A stretch of 64,000 nucleotides of DNA from an uncultured Alphaproteobacteria bacterium (GTDB lineage Bacteria > Pseudomonadota > Alphaproteobacteria > Paracaedibacterales > CAITNM01), in NCBI GenBank assembly GCA_903893805.1, contig CAITNM010000046.1, positions 70,437 to 134,436 of the forward strand, read 5' to 3'. The notes below the pieces were generated by a model. The model searched no databases. It was not told the origin of the DNA and saw only the letters and a list, made by a program, of their open reading frames with translations. A program made the translations under genes and the position numbers. Of this stretch, positions 1 to 9,275 are shown in pieces. The stretch's first letter is position 1. Each line of letters opens with the position of its first letter.

Positions 1-168
1 TCCTTCAAGCGCTGCAACCCTAAAAGCTTCGCGGTTTCTAATAAAAAAATGATTTGCTGAAGACGTATTTGAGCTTAAATCCATGCCATCCTCGCATTCT
101 GTGCTCGAAAACGCCACGCTTACAATTAAAAATATTGATACTAAAAATAGTGGTAATGACTTTTTCAT
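1..168 (-). CDS. hypothetical exported protein, N-terminal part only (gene runs off the left edge)
   Basis: Reverse-strand ATG at 168-166 opens MKKSLPLFLVSIFLIVSVAFSS..., a Sec-type signal peptide. The frame stays open to position 1. It is below the ORF-track length cut-off. Confidence 0.3.
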   Translation of the reverse strand, partial: MKKSLPLFLVSIFLIVSVAFSSTECEDGMDLSSNTSSANHFFIRNREAFRVAALEG

Positions 169-337
169 AATTTAAAATTCCTTTTATCTCTCTCTAAATT
201 TAGTTAGATATGCTTAATTTAATGTTAAAAGTTTTATTAAAATTATAATTCGCGTTTATATATGCTTGTATATTTTAACGATTTCTTAATCACCCAACCA
301 TTAAAATCATAAGAGTAATGTATAATATGCATAGGTC

Positions 338-1354
338 ATGCGTTTATTTACCACAGGTGGTTGCGGTTTTATAGGATCAAACTTCGTTCTTGATTGGATT
401 AATGAAAAGCGAGAGCCGTTAGTTAATGTTGACTGCCTTAACTATGCTGGGCAGCTTGCTAACTTGAATGAGATTGAAAACAATCCCTTATACACTTTCA
501 TGCACGGCAATATCAACAATCGATCCCTGGTTGCAAACACCTTGGCATTTCACACACCTGATTGCGTTATTCACTTTGCTGCTGAGTCCAATGCTACTGA
601 TGCTCTGCAAAAACCTGAGCAGTTTCTAATTAACAATGTCATCGGGACTTTTAATTTACTTGAGGAAAGCTTAGCCTATTGGAAAAATCTTCCGCAAAAT
701 GCTCAAGAAGCATTCAGATTTATTCATATTTCAACTGATGAAGTCTACGGGTCACTTGGTGACAACACTGGTGAAGCTGTTTTTTACCAACCCAACAGTC
801 CATATGCAGCAAGTAAGGCAAGTGCAGACCACTTTGTAAGAGCGTATAATCACACTTACGGTCTTCCAACGATTACTATTCATACAGGAAATATTTATGG
901 TCCCAGGCAGTACGGTGAAAAATTAATTCCAACCATTCTTCAGCAAGCCTTGGCAGGACAACAGTTGGATGTGCACGGTAATGGGGAAAATGTGCGCGAT
1001 TGGCTGTATGTTGGAGATGCAGTTGCAGCCATTGGCCTTATTGCAGAACACGGAGTTCCTGGTGAGACTTATCACATTGGTGCTGGACAAGAACGTTCGA
1101 ACCTAAGTCTAATTAAAACTATGTGCCAAATTTTAGAAAAAAAGGTTGCACATCCTGGAATTCCTTCTTTTGAATCACTTATTCAATTAATTCAGGATGG
1201 GGTAAGTAATGAGATGCATTATAGTCCCAACAATGAAAAAATTAGCAATGAACTAGGATGGAATCCTGATACCTCATTAAACGAAGGATTGGATACGACA
1301 ATCAGTTGGTATTTGCAACATTGGCCAACAGATTTAAGGGAAAAAATTTTGTGA
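338..1354 (+). CDS. rfbB: dTDP-glucose 4,6-dehydratase
   Basis: Rossmann GGCGFIGSNF at the N-terminus. Catalytic blocks ISTDEVYG and YAASKASADH (YxxxK). GPRQYGEKLIP and VRDWLYVGD blocks are typical of RfbB/RmlB. Confidence 0.88.
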   Translation: MRLFTTGGCGFIGSNFVLDWINEKREPLVNVDCLNYAGQLANLNEIENNPLYTFMHGNINNRSLVANTLAFHTPDCVIHFAAESNATDALQKPEQFLINNVIGTFNLLEESLAYWKNLPQNAQEAFRFIHISTDEVYGSLGDNTGEAVFYQPNSPYAASKASADHFVRAYNHTYGLPTITIHTGNIYGPRQYGEKLIPTILQQALAGQQLDVHGNGENVRDWLYVGDAVAAIGLIAEHGVPGETYHIGAGQERSNLSLIKTMCQILEKKVAHPGIPSFESLIQLIQDGVSNEMHYSPNNEKISNELGWNPDTSLNEGLDTTISWYLQHWPTDLREKIL

Positions 1355-1888
1355 TTATGGCAACGACACTGGTGTGTCTGCCTGACTTCTCAAATACGCA
1401 ATTAAGTCTGCCCGTTCTTGTTGGCTAGAAAGCCCAACAAATGACATTTTAGTGCCTTTTATATATTCCCGCGGTTTGTACAGATAAGTATTAAGGGCTT
1501 CGTAATCCCATTTGCCACCGTGCGATTTCATAGCTTGGGAATAGGCATAGTCTGCAGCATGAGCAACCATACTCATAACAACTCCCCATAAATTTGGGCC
1601 TGTTCTATGCGGCCCTCCCTTTTCAAAGGTGTGACACTGCAGGCATTTTTTTGCAACTTTTTCTCCGTTTGCAACGTTCGCCTTAGCAAGTAATGAGCCT
1701 ATTGGTTCAAGTGATTTTTCCTCCCCACCAGAACTTGAAGAAATTTGAGCCTCCCCGTCAATACCCAGAATGTTCTTTTCCAAAAACACTGGATGCACCA
1801 ACCCTTCAGCAATCAGATGGAAAACTTGCATACATAGTAAGGCCACCAAAATACTTGCAAAAATTTTATTAAATTCCAAATTGTTCAT
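1355..1888 (-). CDS. membrane-anchored class I c-type cytochrome
   Basis: N-terminal hydrophobic anchor, then the CLQCH haem-binding motif followed by GPNLWGV. It abuts the rfbB stop with no spacer (convergent). Confidence 0.85.
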   Translation of the reverse strand: MNNLEFNKIFASILVALLCMQVFHLIAEGLVHPVFLEKNILGIDGEAQISSSSGGEEKSLEPIGSLLAKANVANGEKVAKKCLQCHTFEKGGPHRTGPNLWGVVMSMVAHAADYAYSQAMKSHGGKWDYEALNTYLYKPREYIKGTKMSFVGLSSQQERADLIAYLRSQADTPVSLP

Positions 1889-1953
1889 AAAAAGAAGGAA
1901 AAACTAGTCATATGGCCATTATCTCAACGTAGCAAGGCAAGGTAAAGGTATTC

Positions 1954-2436
1954 TTAACAGGCTTGAGAAATTTTATCATAAAAAAGGCACTTAGCAGCCA
2001 AAGTGCCAATCATTGCTTTGCTTATTGGTGAAAAATCAATAGTACTCATGATAAGGGTTACGCTTAATAAGCGTTCAGGTGCGCGCTGCATACAAAGCTG
2101 GGCCAAATAGCCCCCCATTGAAGTACCCACTAAATGCGCTTTTTGTATGTTATACGCATCTAGAATGCGTATAACGTCATCGCTCAAATCACGCAAACCA
2201 TAAGGTTTTGCCATGTAGTTAATGTGCGATGATTGCCCCACATCACGATGATCATAACGAATCACAAAGAAATTTTTAGAAAGCTGGTTGCAAAAGCTAT
2301 CACTCCACATGATTCCCTGCCCAGCCACTCCCATAATCAGGATAAGTGCAGGATTTTTTTGGTTACCAAAATTTTCAGTCCAAAAATTAAGCGATTCTGC
2401 TTGAATTATCTGTTCCACAGGTGGAGCCTTAATCAT
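1954..2436 (-). pseudogene. alpha/beta-hydrolase fold protein, C-terminally truncated (probable gene remnant)
   Basis: Nucleophile elbow GTSMGG is present, but the ORF ends at 160 aa, before the acid/His catalytic residues expected in this fold. Its start overlaps the tolB stop by 8 nt. Confidence 0.5.
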
Positions 2437-3772
2437 TTGCCATGATAGATGTCATTAGTGGGGACCAAGAGCCATCGGTTGCACCTTTTTGCGTAGCAAT
2501 TCGCCTGCGATTTCTACCAGTTAAATCAATCATATCAATTTGGCTTTTATCACGAATGCTGCCTTCACGAGAATACATAATGTATCTGCCATTGGGCGAC
2601 CAAGTAGGGCTTTCAACCATGTACCCTTGAGCAATCAAGCGCTCGCCAGTACCATCAGGAGACATCACGCCAATGTAGAAAGTGCAGTCTACCTGCTTGG
2701 TGAAAGCAATCAAATCACCACGTGGTGACCATGCTGGCTGGAAGTATCTTGATCCACCTTTTCCAAAACTAATGCGCCTTACATTTCCGCCGCTTGTATC
2801 CATGACAAATAGTTGAGGTTTTGGTCCGTCTCTGTCAGACACGAACACAATCTGGTTACCATCTGGCGAATAACACGGAGATGTATCAATGCAACGATGT
2901 TCTGTTAGCTGGTCCTTTTTTCCTGAAGCCACGTCCATTATATAAACCGCACTGGCACCATCTTTTTCGTAGCTCATAACAACTTTGCTGCTATCAGGAG
3001 AAAACCTTGGAGCAAGAGTCATCCCCGGAAAATGTCCAAGTTCTTTCGGTGAGGATTTATTTTTCAAATCCATAATGTAAACGCGTGGCTGTTGATTGAT
3101 GTAAGCAAGATAAGCAACCTTTTGTGCATCCGGTGAAACACGCGGTGTTAGCACCAAATTTTTACCATCAGTTAACTCCTGAGGGTTGAATCCGTCCCAA
3201 TCCATAATCATCATACGTTTTTTAGGATTTTTACGGTCATTGTTCATATCTTCAATAAAGACAATTTTAGAATCGAACACACCTGTTTCACCAGTTGCAC
3301 GCCCGTAAATGCTATCAGCCATAATATGGGTCATACGACGCCAATTCTTTTGCTCACCGTTGTATGAAAGCCCCTGCATTTGCTGCCCTGTTAACACGTC
3401 AAACAAACGAAAACTTATGGTAATTTTATCAGAATCTTTATCTTTCCGTTTGACTTCTCCGTATACTAAAAAGCGAGCTTTTAAAGGGCGCCAATTGTTC
3501 ATGATGGGACCATCTTTTACTAAAGAATCGACCGTTTGCAAAAATGCTGACTTCCCAATAGCAACGAATAGTCCGGATGCTTCGAGGTCATTAATAAGAA
3601 CCTTTGCAATACCTTCGCCTAAATCAGTCTTATCAGCGGTAACAAACCCATCAGGGTTGTTAAATTCAACCACGGCAATGGGGTCTGGGCGCACGTCTCC
3701 CTTAGTGATTTCAATTTTTAAAGCATGCAGGTTGGCAGTGAAAAATAAAATGGCAAGGCAATAACGGATCAT
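2429..3772 (-). CDS. tolB: Tol-Pal system beta-propeller protein TolB
   Basis: Repeated propeller blades (YSPDGNQIVF, WSPRGDLIAF, WSPNGRYIMY, FSPDSSKVV). The track ORF begins at TTG 3811. ATG at 3772 gives the signal peptide MIRYCLAILFFTANLHA. Confidence 0.9.
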   Translation of the reverse strand: MIRYCLAILFFTANLHALKIEITKGDVRPDPIAVVEFNNPDGFVTADKTDLGEGIAKVLINDLEASGLFVAIGKSAFLQTVDSLVKDGPIMNNWRPLKARFLVYGEVKRKDKDSDKITISFRLFDVLTGQQMQGLSYNGEQKNWRRMTHIMADSIYGRATGETGVFDSKIVFIEDMNNDRKNPKKRMMIMDWDGFNPQELTDGKNLVLTPRVSPDAQKVAYLAYINQQPRVYIMDLKNKSSPKELGHFPGMTLAPRFSPDSSKVVMSYEKDGASAVYIMDVASGKKDQLTEHRCIDTSPCYSPDGNQIVFVSDRDGPKPQLFVMDTSGGNVRRISFGKGGSRYFQPAWSPRGDLIAFTKQVDCTFYIGVMSPDGTGERLIAQGYMVESPTWSPNGRYIMYSREGSIRDKSQIDMIDLTGRNRRRIATQKGATDGSWSPLMTSIMAND

Positions 3773-3826
3773 ACAAGGAAAATTTACAGTGTTATATGTC
3801 AACCATAGCAAAATTATATACCATAC

Positions 3827-4642
3827 TTAAAGGGGGTAATACTTTTCAATAAAATCAGTAATTGCTTTAAAAAACCGTTCTGCACTATGTTCTAAAATTC
3901 CATAATGGGTAGCATCAGCAATGTCTATGCGTTGTTTTTGGCAAGTGAGAGTCGCCATTAATCCGTCAGCATCACCGCACAGACTGGCTGTATCATACTC
4001 TCCACGTAACACAAGAGTTGGACATTTTATTTTTGATGCATCCCTGCCCCTTAGTTCCCTATCCCATAAACCACACCAACGATCACGAGATGCTATGCGG
4101 TAGCTTTTAATACCAGGGTTAAGTTTGCTCGAATCACTAGGATCCGCCAATTCTTGCCAAGCAGGATTCTTGTAACTGTAAACAGGTCCCAAAAGGATTA
4201 GCTTAGAAACCCAATTTGAATGGGTGGCAATGTAGCCACTAATGCTGCTACCCCAAGAAAATCCAACTAAAACAATAGGTACACCGGGGTGTCGTTCATT
4301 TATCATCTGAACCACATCATCTACATCTGCTGCGGCATCTGTGTGGGTAATAAGCGGACGCCCAGCCATAGAGGGGTCGTCCATTTCATTTGGTTTTGAT
4401 GATAGCCCATATCCCCTGAAATCTAGCGAATACGCTGCGTAACCTTTTGCTGCCATGTATGACAGCATGGTTGGTTTATCTTGCGCACATGGCAAATCAA
4501 AGATAATGCTAGGTAAGGTCGCCCCATGCAAAATTAGCACAACAGTTTTGGCTTGTTTTTCTGGTAATTTTTCACGAACGGCAATTTTACGAGATGCGTT
4601 AATAGTGCTGGGTGTGTAAATAATGGACAAAGGAAAACTCAA
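3827..4642 (-). CDS. alpha/beta hydrolase
   Basis: LILHG oxyanion region, nucleophile elbow GFSWGS, C-terminal His (ATHYGILEH). TTG start as called by the track. Confidence 0.7.
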   Translation of the reverse strand: MSFPLSIIYTPSTINASRKIAVREKLPEKQAKTVVLILHGATLPSIIFDLPCAQDKPTMLSYMAAKGYAAYSLDFRGYGLSSKPNEMDDPSMAGRPLITHTDAAADVDDVVQMINERHPGVPIVLVGFSWGSSISGYIATHSNWVSKLILLGPVYSYKNPAWQELADPSDSSKLNPGIKSYRIASRDRWCGLWDRELRGRDASKIKCPTLVLRGEYDTASLCGDADGLMATLTCQKQRIDIADATHYGILEHSAERFFKAITDFIEKYYPL

Positions 4643-4669
4643 CTTTCTTCGTTAAATATATGTTTAAAG

Positions 4670-5041
4670 CTACTTTCTTCCCCCAAGGTCTTTCCAAACT
4701 CCTTTGTAATATTTATAAGCTTTCATTAGATTTAATGGTGTGCCCTTTTCTTCAGGTGTTAGCGGAGACATATCAGGGAATACGTCTTCCATTTCTTTGA
4801 TTTTTTGAAGTATGGAATCGTTCTGACCATCTACTTTATGCACAAGAATAATTTCGCGCCAAATACTTTCGAGATACTGAAGCTTTGTAACGGGGATTTC
4901 TGCAGATATTTGCGATGCCATTAAGCTCTGTCTTGCATCATCAACACCTCCTTCCTCTAAAGAAAAACCACCACTTTCCATATGAGAACAAAAAATATTT
5001 CCGGTAAAAATTATCCCAACTAAAGTCAATATTATGAACAT
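4670..5041 (-). CDS. small exported protein, tandem family member 1
   Basis: Signal peptide MFIILTLVGIIFTGNIF. The signal-peptide-coding DNA is visibly homologous to that at 5235, 5753 and 6256. Confidence 0.5.
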   Translation of the reverse strand: MFIILTLVGIIFTGNIFCSHMESGGFSLEEGGVDDARQSLMASQISAEIPVTKLQYLESIWREIILVHKVDGQNDSILQKIKEMEDVFPDMSPLTPEEKGTPLNLMKAYKYYKGVWKDLGGRK

Positions 5042-5149
5042 AGTGTTTTCTCATTTTTTGTAAATTAAAAGTCTATATTGCTGTTAGTTAAATAACATAA
5101 CAACAGAAAAATTCCCTTCAATTTATAGTGTGTTAGATTTTTAAAGCTT

Positions 5150-5235
5150 ACATTTCTGATAACGAGATAACTTCTCTGGCAGCAAAAATATTTTCCACAA
5201 ACATCATTCCAACTAGCATTAATGGGTTAAACATA
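5150..5235 (-). pseudogene. remnant of small exported protein family (signal-peptide segment only, frame disrupted)
   Basis: Reverse strand reads ATG TTT AAC CCA TTA. An extra base then shifts the frame away from ..MLVGMMFVENIFAA, which matches MFKTLMLIGIMFVGSSFAA of the neighbour. No mature-domain ORF follows. Confidence 0.4.
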
Positions 5236-5357
5236 CGTTCGCTTAAAGACGGTATAAGAATGATCTGTCTCCAACCACCTGCCCCACTGATAAGCTTGCG
5301 CAAACAACAGTTTTATCAGATGGGTTGCAGGTTCTGAATTATTGAGAGTGGCTAAAT

Positions 5358-5753
5358 TTACTCATCTTGAGCAGATGCTTCATTTTGTTCTGTTACATTT
5401 CGCATCAAAGCCAAAAGGGCGTTCTTAGCATCGGTGTAGTATGTACATGCTTCAGTGGCTTCGCATTCTGTGCCGATGTTGTGCAGTGTAAGCAATGGAC
5501 TTGCGCCCAATTCTGTCTCCATTTGTTCAAAGAGCTGTATCAAATTACTATTTAATACATCTCTAACTTCATCATTTTCAGCGAATACAGATTGAGCTGA
5601 CATTGTTTGAAAGGTCGTTGCATTTATGGCTCTTTGCTGGGTTTTTTGTAGCTGTTCATCAAAATTTTCAGGTGTATCAAACGCAGCTGGATCTCCGGCT
5701 GCAAAACTACTTCCAACAAACATTATCCCAATTAGCATTAGGGTTTTAAACAT
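5358..5753 (-). CDS. small exported protein, tandem family member 2 (intact)
   Basis: Signal peptide MFKTLMLIGIMFVGSSFAA. The mature part aligns by eye with 5859-6140 (GASPLLTLHNIGTECEATEAC vs GGKPLFPLYSIKTQDEAVAAC). Confidence 0.55.
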   Translation of the reverse strand: MFKTLMLIGIMFVGSSFAAGDPAAFDTPENFDEQLQKTQQRAINATTFQTMSAQSVFAENDEVRDVLNSNLIQLFEQMETELGASPLLTLHNIGTECEATEACTYYTDAKNALLALMRNVTEQNEASAQDE

Positions 5754-5858
5754 AGGTCCTCCTAAAACGGTAAGCTTGGTTAAATGACTGATTATTTTAA
5801 AAATCAGCCTATCTATATGCTAGCGAGACGTTCGTTAATAAAGGGTAAATGAAGAGAC

Positions 5859-6256
5859 TTAGAAGTCGTCCAAAAAATTTGTAATTTGTTTTTGGAAGCT
5901 GTCTCTTAATTTAATAAATTTGGGGGTAATGTCTTTAAAATGTTCGCAAGCAGCTACAGCTTCATCCTGTGTTTTGATCGAATACAGCGGAAATAACGGC
6001 TTTCCACCTGTCTCGACTAACATTTCGGCATATTTTTGCTCAAAGATAGAGTTAAGACTCATTCGTTTGTCGCTTACTGCACTAACAGCTTGAACAGATA
6101 GTTTTTCAAGCTCTGTTGCGAAGATAACTATTATTTTCATTCGTTTATTTTTTGAATTAGATAATCAGGTGAGTCCAATTCATTTGGATTCATCGTTGCA
6201 GCAGAAAAAATACTTCCAATTACGATCATTCCACTTAGTATTAATGTTTTAAACAT
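5859..6256 (-). pseudogene. small exported protein family member 3, split by a frameshift
   Basis: A 39-codon ORF (6256-6137, MFKTLILSGMIVIGSIFSAATMNPNELDSPDYLIQKINE*) ends in a TGA that overlaps the ATG of ORF 5859-6140 (ATGA). 39+93 aa is close to the 131 aa of the intact paralog. Confidence 0.5.
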
Positions 6257-6380
6257 GCGATCTCCCAAAACCGAAGGTTCGGTTGAAATCCTCAATTATC
6301 GGATAATTAATCTATTTATACACTAGAGAAATCATGTTAATATAAGGTAAAAAAGAAATAAAAAATCTTTATAGGATTTT

Positions 6381-7154
6381 TTAAGCTTCTTCATCATCCA
6401 AGTCAGTTGTTGGATTTTCAATAAGTTTAGGAATATCAATAGCTTCTACTGGAGGGAAAAGATATGCTTCGGTGGCAGTCAGTAAAAATATACTAGGTGA
6501 GCCTACTCCAAGTTTTTCTGCTAATTTTGTTTTGTGGAAAACTTCTTCATAGACATGTTTACTGGCTTTATCATGCAAAAGCTTTTTAGTGTCTAATCCT
6601 AACTTTTCTGCTTCTGCTATAGGGTTATTTTGCGCGCCTTCAACCGCGTTATAGGTAAGAGCTAACTGAAAAGCCTTCTGAGGGTTTTGAAGAGATGCTG
6701 CCCATATCAATTCTGCTTGGCTGCTGGATTTTTTGCCAAACATAGAAATAGGAATAAGGTGAATTGAGCAATTCATGTTTGCTAGTGTTTTTTGAATATT
6801 TTTTAAATACATAATGCTGTTAGCATCTGTCATATCAGCAAAAATCACTAATTCTTTTTGAGCAGGACTTGAGTAAGTTTTTATACTAAATCCAGCTTTT
6901 AGAACATCAATCCGATTTTGGAAAATACTTTGCTCTAAGCTTTCTTTTTCATTTTCAGCGCTCTCATTGGCAGCTTCATTTAAAAGAGATACCAAGAAAT
7001 GCGGATTATTCTCAGATAATTCTTCAAGTGAGTTTTCCAGATCATCTACATCTATAGTATGACTGCCTTTTGTGTATACCCACCAACCAACACCTGCAGT
7101 TGCTAAAAGGTTTAAAATGGTCAAAATTGTAAGAAGTCTAAAGTTTGCAAACAT
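6381..7154 (-). CDS. membrane-anchored DsbA-like thioredoxin-fold protein lacking the CxxC motif
   Basis: N-terminal TM anchor. The C-terminal half resembles the DsbA family (..AEKLGVGSPSIFLL.. as the cis-Pro/TPT-like region), but the position of F-x-D-x-C-x-x-C reads FADMTDANS. Confidence 0.4.
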   Translation of the reverse strand: MFANFRLLTILTILNLLATAGVGWWVYTKGSHTIDVDDLENSLEELSENNPHFLVSLLNEAANESAENEKESLEQSIFQNRIDVLKAGFSIKTYSSPAQKELVIFADMTDANSIMYLKNIQKTLANMNCSIHLIPISMFGKKSSSQAELIWAASLQNPQKAFQLALTYNAVEGAQNNPIAEAEKLGLDTKKLLHDKASKHVYEEVFHKTKLAEKLGVGSPSIFLLTATEAYLFPPVEAIDIPKLIENPTTDLDDEEA

Positions 7155-7311
7155 AAATTAGAAAATTTAAATTTTATGGCTTCATCTTAGGACATGCCTG
7201 AATAATTGGGCAATGGCTATTCTTCATTCTTAATGGCATCAATTTTCTTTTGTGTTAGGCCTAAGGCATGCGTAATTTGATCACCACTACAGTCGCCTTT
7301 AGCCAAAAGGC

Positions 7312-7977
7312 TTAGTAAGTGACTCTAAGATCCTCAGTCATTGCACCTAAGGAATTGATCATCATAATGATTTTGAATGACAATTGGTGGTGCATACCTT
7401 CAAGAATTGCCTCATATCCATCAATTTCATCGTATGCCAGAGAAAGGTATGATAGCAGTTGGAAATTTTCTTGCAGCTCTAACGCACTGCGCTGAATAAG
7501 ATCAAGGTTATGAATTAAATCAATAATATCTAGCTTAAGCCCCATGTTTAGCATGCCGTGTAAAATGCTAACGTAGCCAGCAAGATGCAAATCAAGATGT
7601 GTTATCGTGTATAAAAAATTTTTAAGCCCAGTATTTTTGTCCTTTAATATAGCAACAATTGTTTCTTTGTCATCGTCACTGAATTTTGCAGTGATATTTT
7701 CTACTTTAAGCAATTCATCAATATTTAGTGCATTTAGATGTTCCGCTAACTTTTTACAATTGCTCGCAAATGATCCGGTTATTGCCTTGTATAATGCATA
7801 AGTAATTTTACCTGCCTTTGGCAAATTCATAATAGCTTGGTGGACTGGTTCTTGCATGGTCGCCGGGACGCAGCGAGCAATTTCTTCTATGCTGGGATTA
7901 ATACGCTCTGGTCCTGTTAGTGACTGACCAAACCCAAAACTGGTATTTAGTAATAATAACAATAAAAATACTTGCAT
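7312..7977 (-). CDS. hypothetical exported protein
   Basis: Signal peptide MQVFLLLLLLNTSFGFG, helical-looking body, no recognisable motif. Confidence 0.45.
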   Translation of the reverse strand: MQVFLLLLLLNTSFGFGQSLTGPERINPSIEEIARCVPATMQEPVHQAIMNLPKAGKITYALYKAITGSFASNCKKLAEHLNALNIDELLKVENITAKFSDDDKETIVAILKDKNTGLKNFLYTITHLDLHLAGYVSILHGMLNMGLKLDIIDLIHNLDLIQRSALELQENFQLLSYLSLAYDEIDGYEAILEGMHHQLSFKIIMMINSLGAMTEDLRVTY

Positions 7978-8037
7978 TCATTTTGAGTTTATATTGATGC
8001 CCAGTTTAACTATTCACCAATGCCTCTTAAAAAGCAG

Positions 8038-9129
8038 TTAACTTTCTGCGCTTATTTTTTTAGAAGAGTAAAATTTTATCCAGCTTAACGGATTAAATGG
8101 ATTAAAAGTCAACTTGTGTTTATTAGCAATTTCTTTTTGCTTTATTTTGTTCGTAGGTGTTTCTGGTTGTTCTTCCTGTTGAGATTGAGAAGTCTTCTTC
8201 TGCTCTTCTTGTTGCTTTTTCAGCATCCTCTTATGTTCATTATGTTTCTTTTTCCACATTCTTTTTATGGCTTCTTTTGCTTTTCTTTTTTTGTTTTCTT
8301 CTTTTTCTTTTTCAGCTTCCGCTGCTCGAGCAGCAGCCTGTACCTTTTGCCATTCAGGTTTTTCCAAATCACCATAATAATAATAAACGTACTTTCGATT
8401 TGGCAGTCCTTGTATTGTATGAGGGGGGTACGATCCAAACATAACATGTCCACAATCAAAAAGTGTTCTGGTGAATTCAGAACAAGACAATTTCGTACTC
8501 AAGCAAACTTTTCTACCATCTTCTATGCGCTCAAGGTGCAACGCATTTATTCTGTATAAAGGGCTAGAATATTGTTTATGACCGTATTCGTTAGTATAAG
8601 CCTCTGAAAGATTAATCAGGTTTTCTTCAGTTGAACGAAAAGAAATTTCCCCAGGTTTATGGCAAATTGTACGGCACTTTATACCGTTTATGTATAAGTT
8701 TGTAACGGTAATTTCTGCCTCCCAATTTCCATTTTCAGCTAAATCCTCCTCGTCTTCTTCTGTTTTTTGATAAAGCTCTGATTGGCACAACTTACACACA
8801 AAATCAGCACGTGTTAGGTGTGTTTTCAAATCTAGAGGGTAATATAAGTCATTCCCATTTCTTTGGTTTATGTATAATTGCTGAACAAGTTGCTGTTCAA
8901 TGACCCCGTCTCTTTCAAGAGTAATTCCATGTTCAGTATGCCTAACAACAGAACCATCTTTTAATATAAAGCTTCCATCCCACTTATGAATGTCTTTCCA
9001 ATACGATCTGGCAAAACTTTTGGCGTGCTTATCTTCAAAAAAGTGGCTGCTTACTGCAGAATCAACTGATGTTATCAGCAAAAAACTACCAATGACGAAT
9101 TTTGTAAAAAAGACAAACCAATGTTTCAT
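8038..9129 (-). CDS. hypothetical exported protein with Cys-containing core and Lys/Glu-rich C-terminal tail
   Basis: Signal peptide MKHWFVFFTKFVIGSFLLITSVDSA. Tail reads AEKEKEENKKRKAKEAIKRMWKKKHNEHKRMLKKQQEEQKK. The low-complexity tail creates the antisense shadow ORFs 8116-8559 and 8157-8444. Confidence 0.55.
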   Translation of the reverse strand: MKHWFVFFTKFVIGSFLLITSVDSAVSSHFFEDKHAKSFARSYWKDIHKWDGSFILKDGSVVRHTEHGITLERDGVIEQQLVQQLYINQRNGNDLYYPLDLKTHLTRADFVCKLCQSELYQKTEEDEEDLAENGNWEAEITVTNLYINGIKCRTICHKPGEISFRSTEENLINLSEAYTNEYGHKQYSSPLYRINALHLERIEDGRKVCLSTKLSCSEFTRTLFDCGHVMFGSYPPHTIQGLPNRKYVYYYYGDLEKPEWQKVQAAARAAEAEKEKEENKKRKAKEAIKRMWKKKHNEHKRMLKKQQEEQKKTSQSQQEEQPETPTNKIKQKEIANKHKLTFNPFNPLSWIKFYSSKKISAES

Positions 9130-9275
9130 TATATCTTATGTGTAATTATTCAAAGTGGCTTTTGTACTTTAATTTCCCAAAAAAATCAATTAGTTTTTAA
9201 AATGTGCAGTAAATTAACAATCTCGACAAACCATAGAAAAATGCCCTAAAACGTAAGGGTACAAGGAGTTTTTTT

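Noticed and set aside
7217-7306. A 29-30-codon frame immediately after the 7312-7977 gene reading ..LAKGDCSGDQITHALGLTQKKIDAIKNEE*, with a helix-turn-helix-like flavour.
   Set aside because: It has no ATG (only a possible TTG), is very short and has no Shine-Dalgarno sequence. It may be a relic of a longer ancestral 3' end reached by a frameshift, but that cannot be supported from this sequence alone.
8116-8559. Overlapping + strand ORFs (147 and 95 aa) rich in Phe/Leu.
   Set aside because: They are antisense to the Lys/Glu-rich (AAG/GAA-rich) tail of the 8038-9129 gene, so the open frames are a by-product of low-complexity codon repetition.
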